DNA from: a virus
Virus record (IMG/VR): IMGVR_UViG_3300044529_000082
Coordinates: 8,299 to 72,298 of that record
Reading direction: 5' to 3' (one strand)
DNA: 64,000 bases
Part shown: in pieces, positions 63,727 to 64,000 of the stretch
How positions within the stretch are numbered: position 1 is the stretch's first letter
Layout: every line of letters begins with the position of its first letter
The notes under the pieces: generated by a model
The model's input: the letters and a program-made list of their open reading frames with translations, nothing else
What the model was told of the DNA's origin: nothing
The model's database searches: none
Position numbers and translations under genes: made by a program

Positions 63727-63825
63727 AAATGTTTTACCCCTAATACATTTGTTCACTCCTTAAACAAATGTTTTACCCCTAATACATTTGTTCACTCCTT
63801 AAACAAATGTTTTACCTCTAATACA
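63727..63825. repeat. AT-rich 39-bp tandem repeat, about 2.5 units
   Basis: aaatgttttacccctaatacatttgttcactccttaaac at 63727 and 63766, partial unit at 63805. Confidence 0.9.
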
Positions 63826-64000
63826 GTTCAAGCGAAACGAGCCCGCCCGCCCGCCGCTTTGGTTTCGGCTCGCGTCGCGAGGGTCGCGCGCCGGTCGATG
63901 CCCGCTGCGCGCCGCCCTAGCCCGCTGAGCGTTCGGTGATGCCGTCGCACCCCAGACGCTGCGCCCCAGGACCCTGCGCCCAGAGCCGCGGGGGGCCCGC

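Noticed and set aside
63727-63825. Possible CRISPR mini-array
   Set aside because: Units are contiguous and identical with no unique spacers; no cas operon, and the Cas4-like gene is a typical phage replication-module nuclease
1-64000. Stop-codon reassignment, tRNA genes, integrase or repressor
   Set aside because: Genes tile well under code 11; no tRNA cloverleaf, recombinase or CI-like gene was recognised by eye

Overview
The window is most of a roughly 65-70 kb dsDNA tailed phage genome with podovirus-like (P22/T7-style) organisation. The large terminase is not visible and probably lies just outside the window. The + strand from 1 to 36 kb is the virion module: portal, scaffold, a five-gene glycosylation island (three glycosyltransferase-like genes plus fcl and gmd), major capsid, holin and spanin-like genes, collagen-containing fibres, tail/nozzle proteins, two ejection-type proteins and a ~3000-aa polyvalent protein. 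The - strand from 36 to 61.7 kb carries replication and early genes: metallophosphoesterase, RuvC, a phage sigma factor, an XF1762/Mom-like protein, primase-helicase, family A DNA polymerase, putative SSB, Cas4-like nuclease, nucleotidyltransferase, SF2 helicase, dNTP-pool enzymes, an RNA ligase and many small ORFs. After a ~200-bp palindrome the + strand resumes with small ORFs and a probable small terminase. Best candidates for novelty: (1) the giant protein's C-terminal half is a string of enzyme modules each delimited by a recurrent Q-F-x-P motif, downstream of an HExxH zincin, suggesting an injected self-processing effector polyprotein; (2) a GDP-fucose synthesis and transfer island inside the head module; (3) an HNH-AP2 endonuclease inserted in-frame within the lipoprotein signal peptide of a spanin-like protein; (4) a phage sigma factor paired with a GTAACTGTT late-promoter motif. 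All family assignments come from motif recognition by eye; no database search was run.
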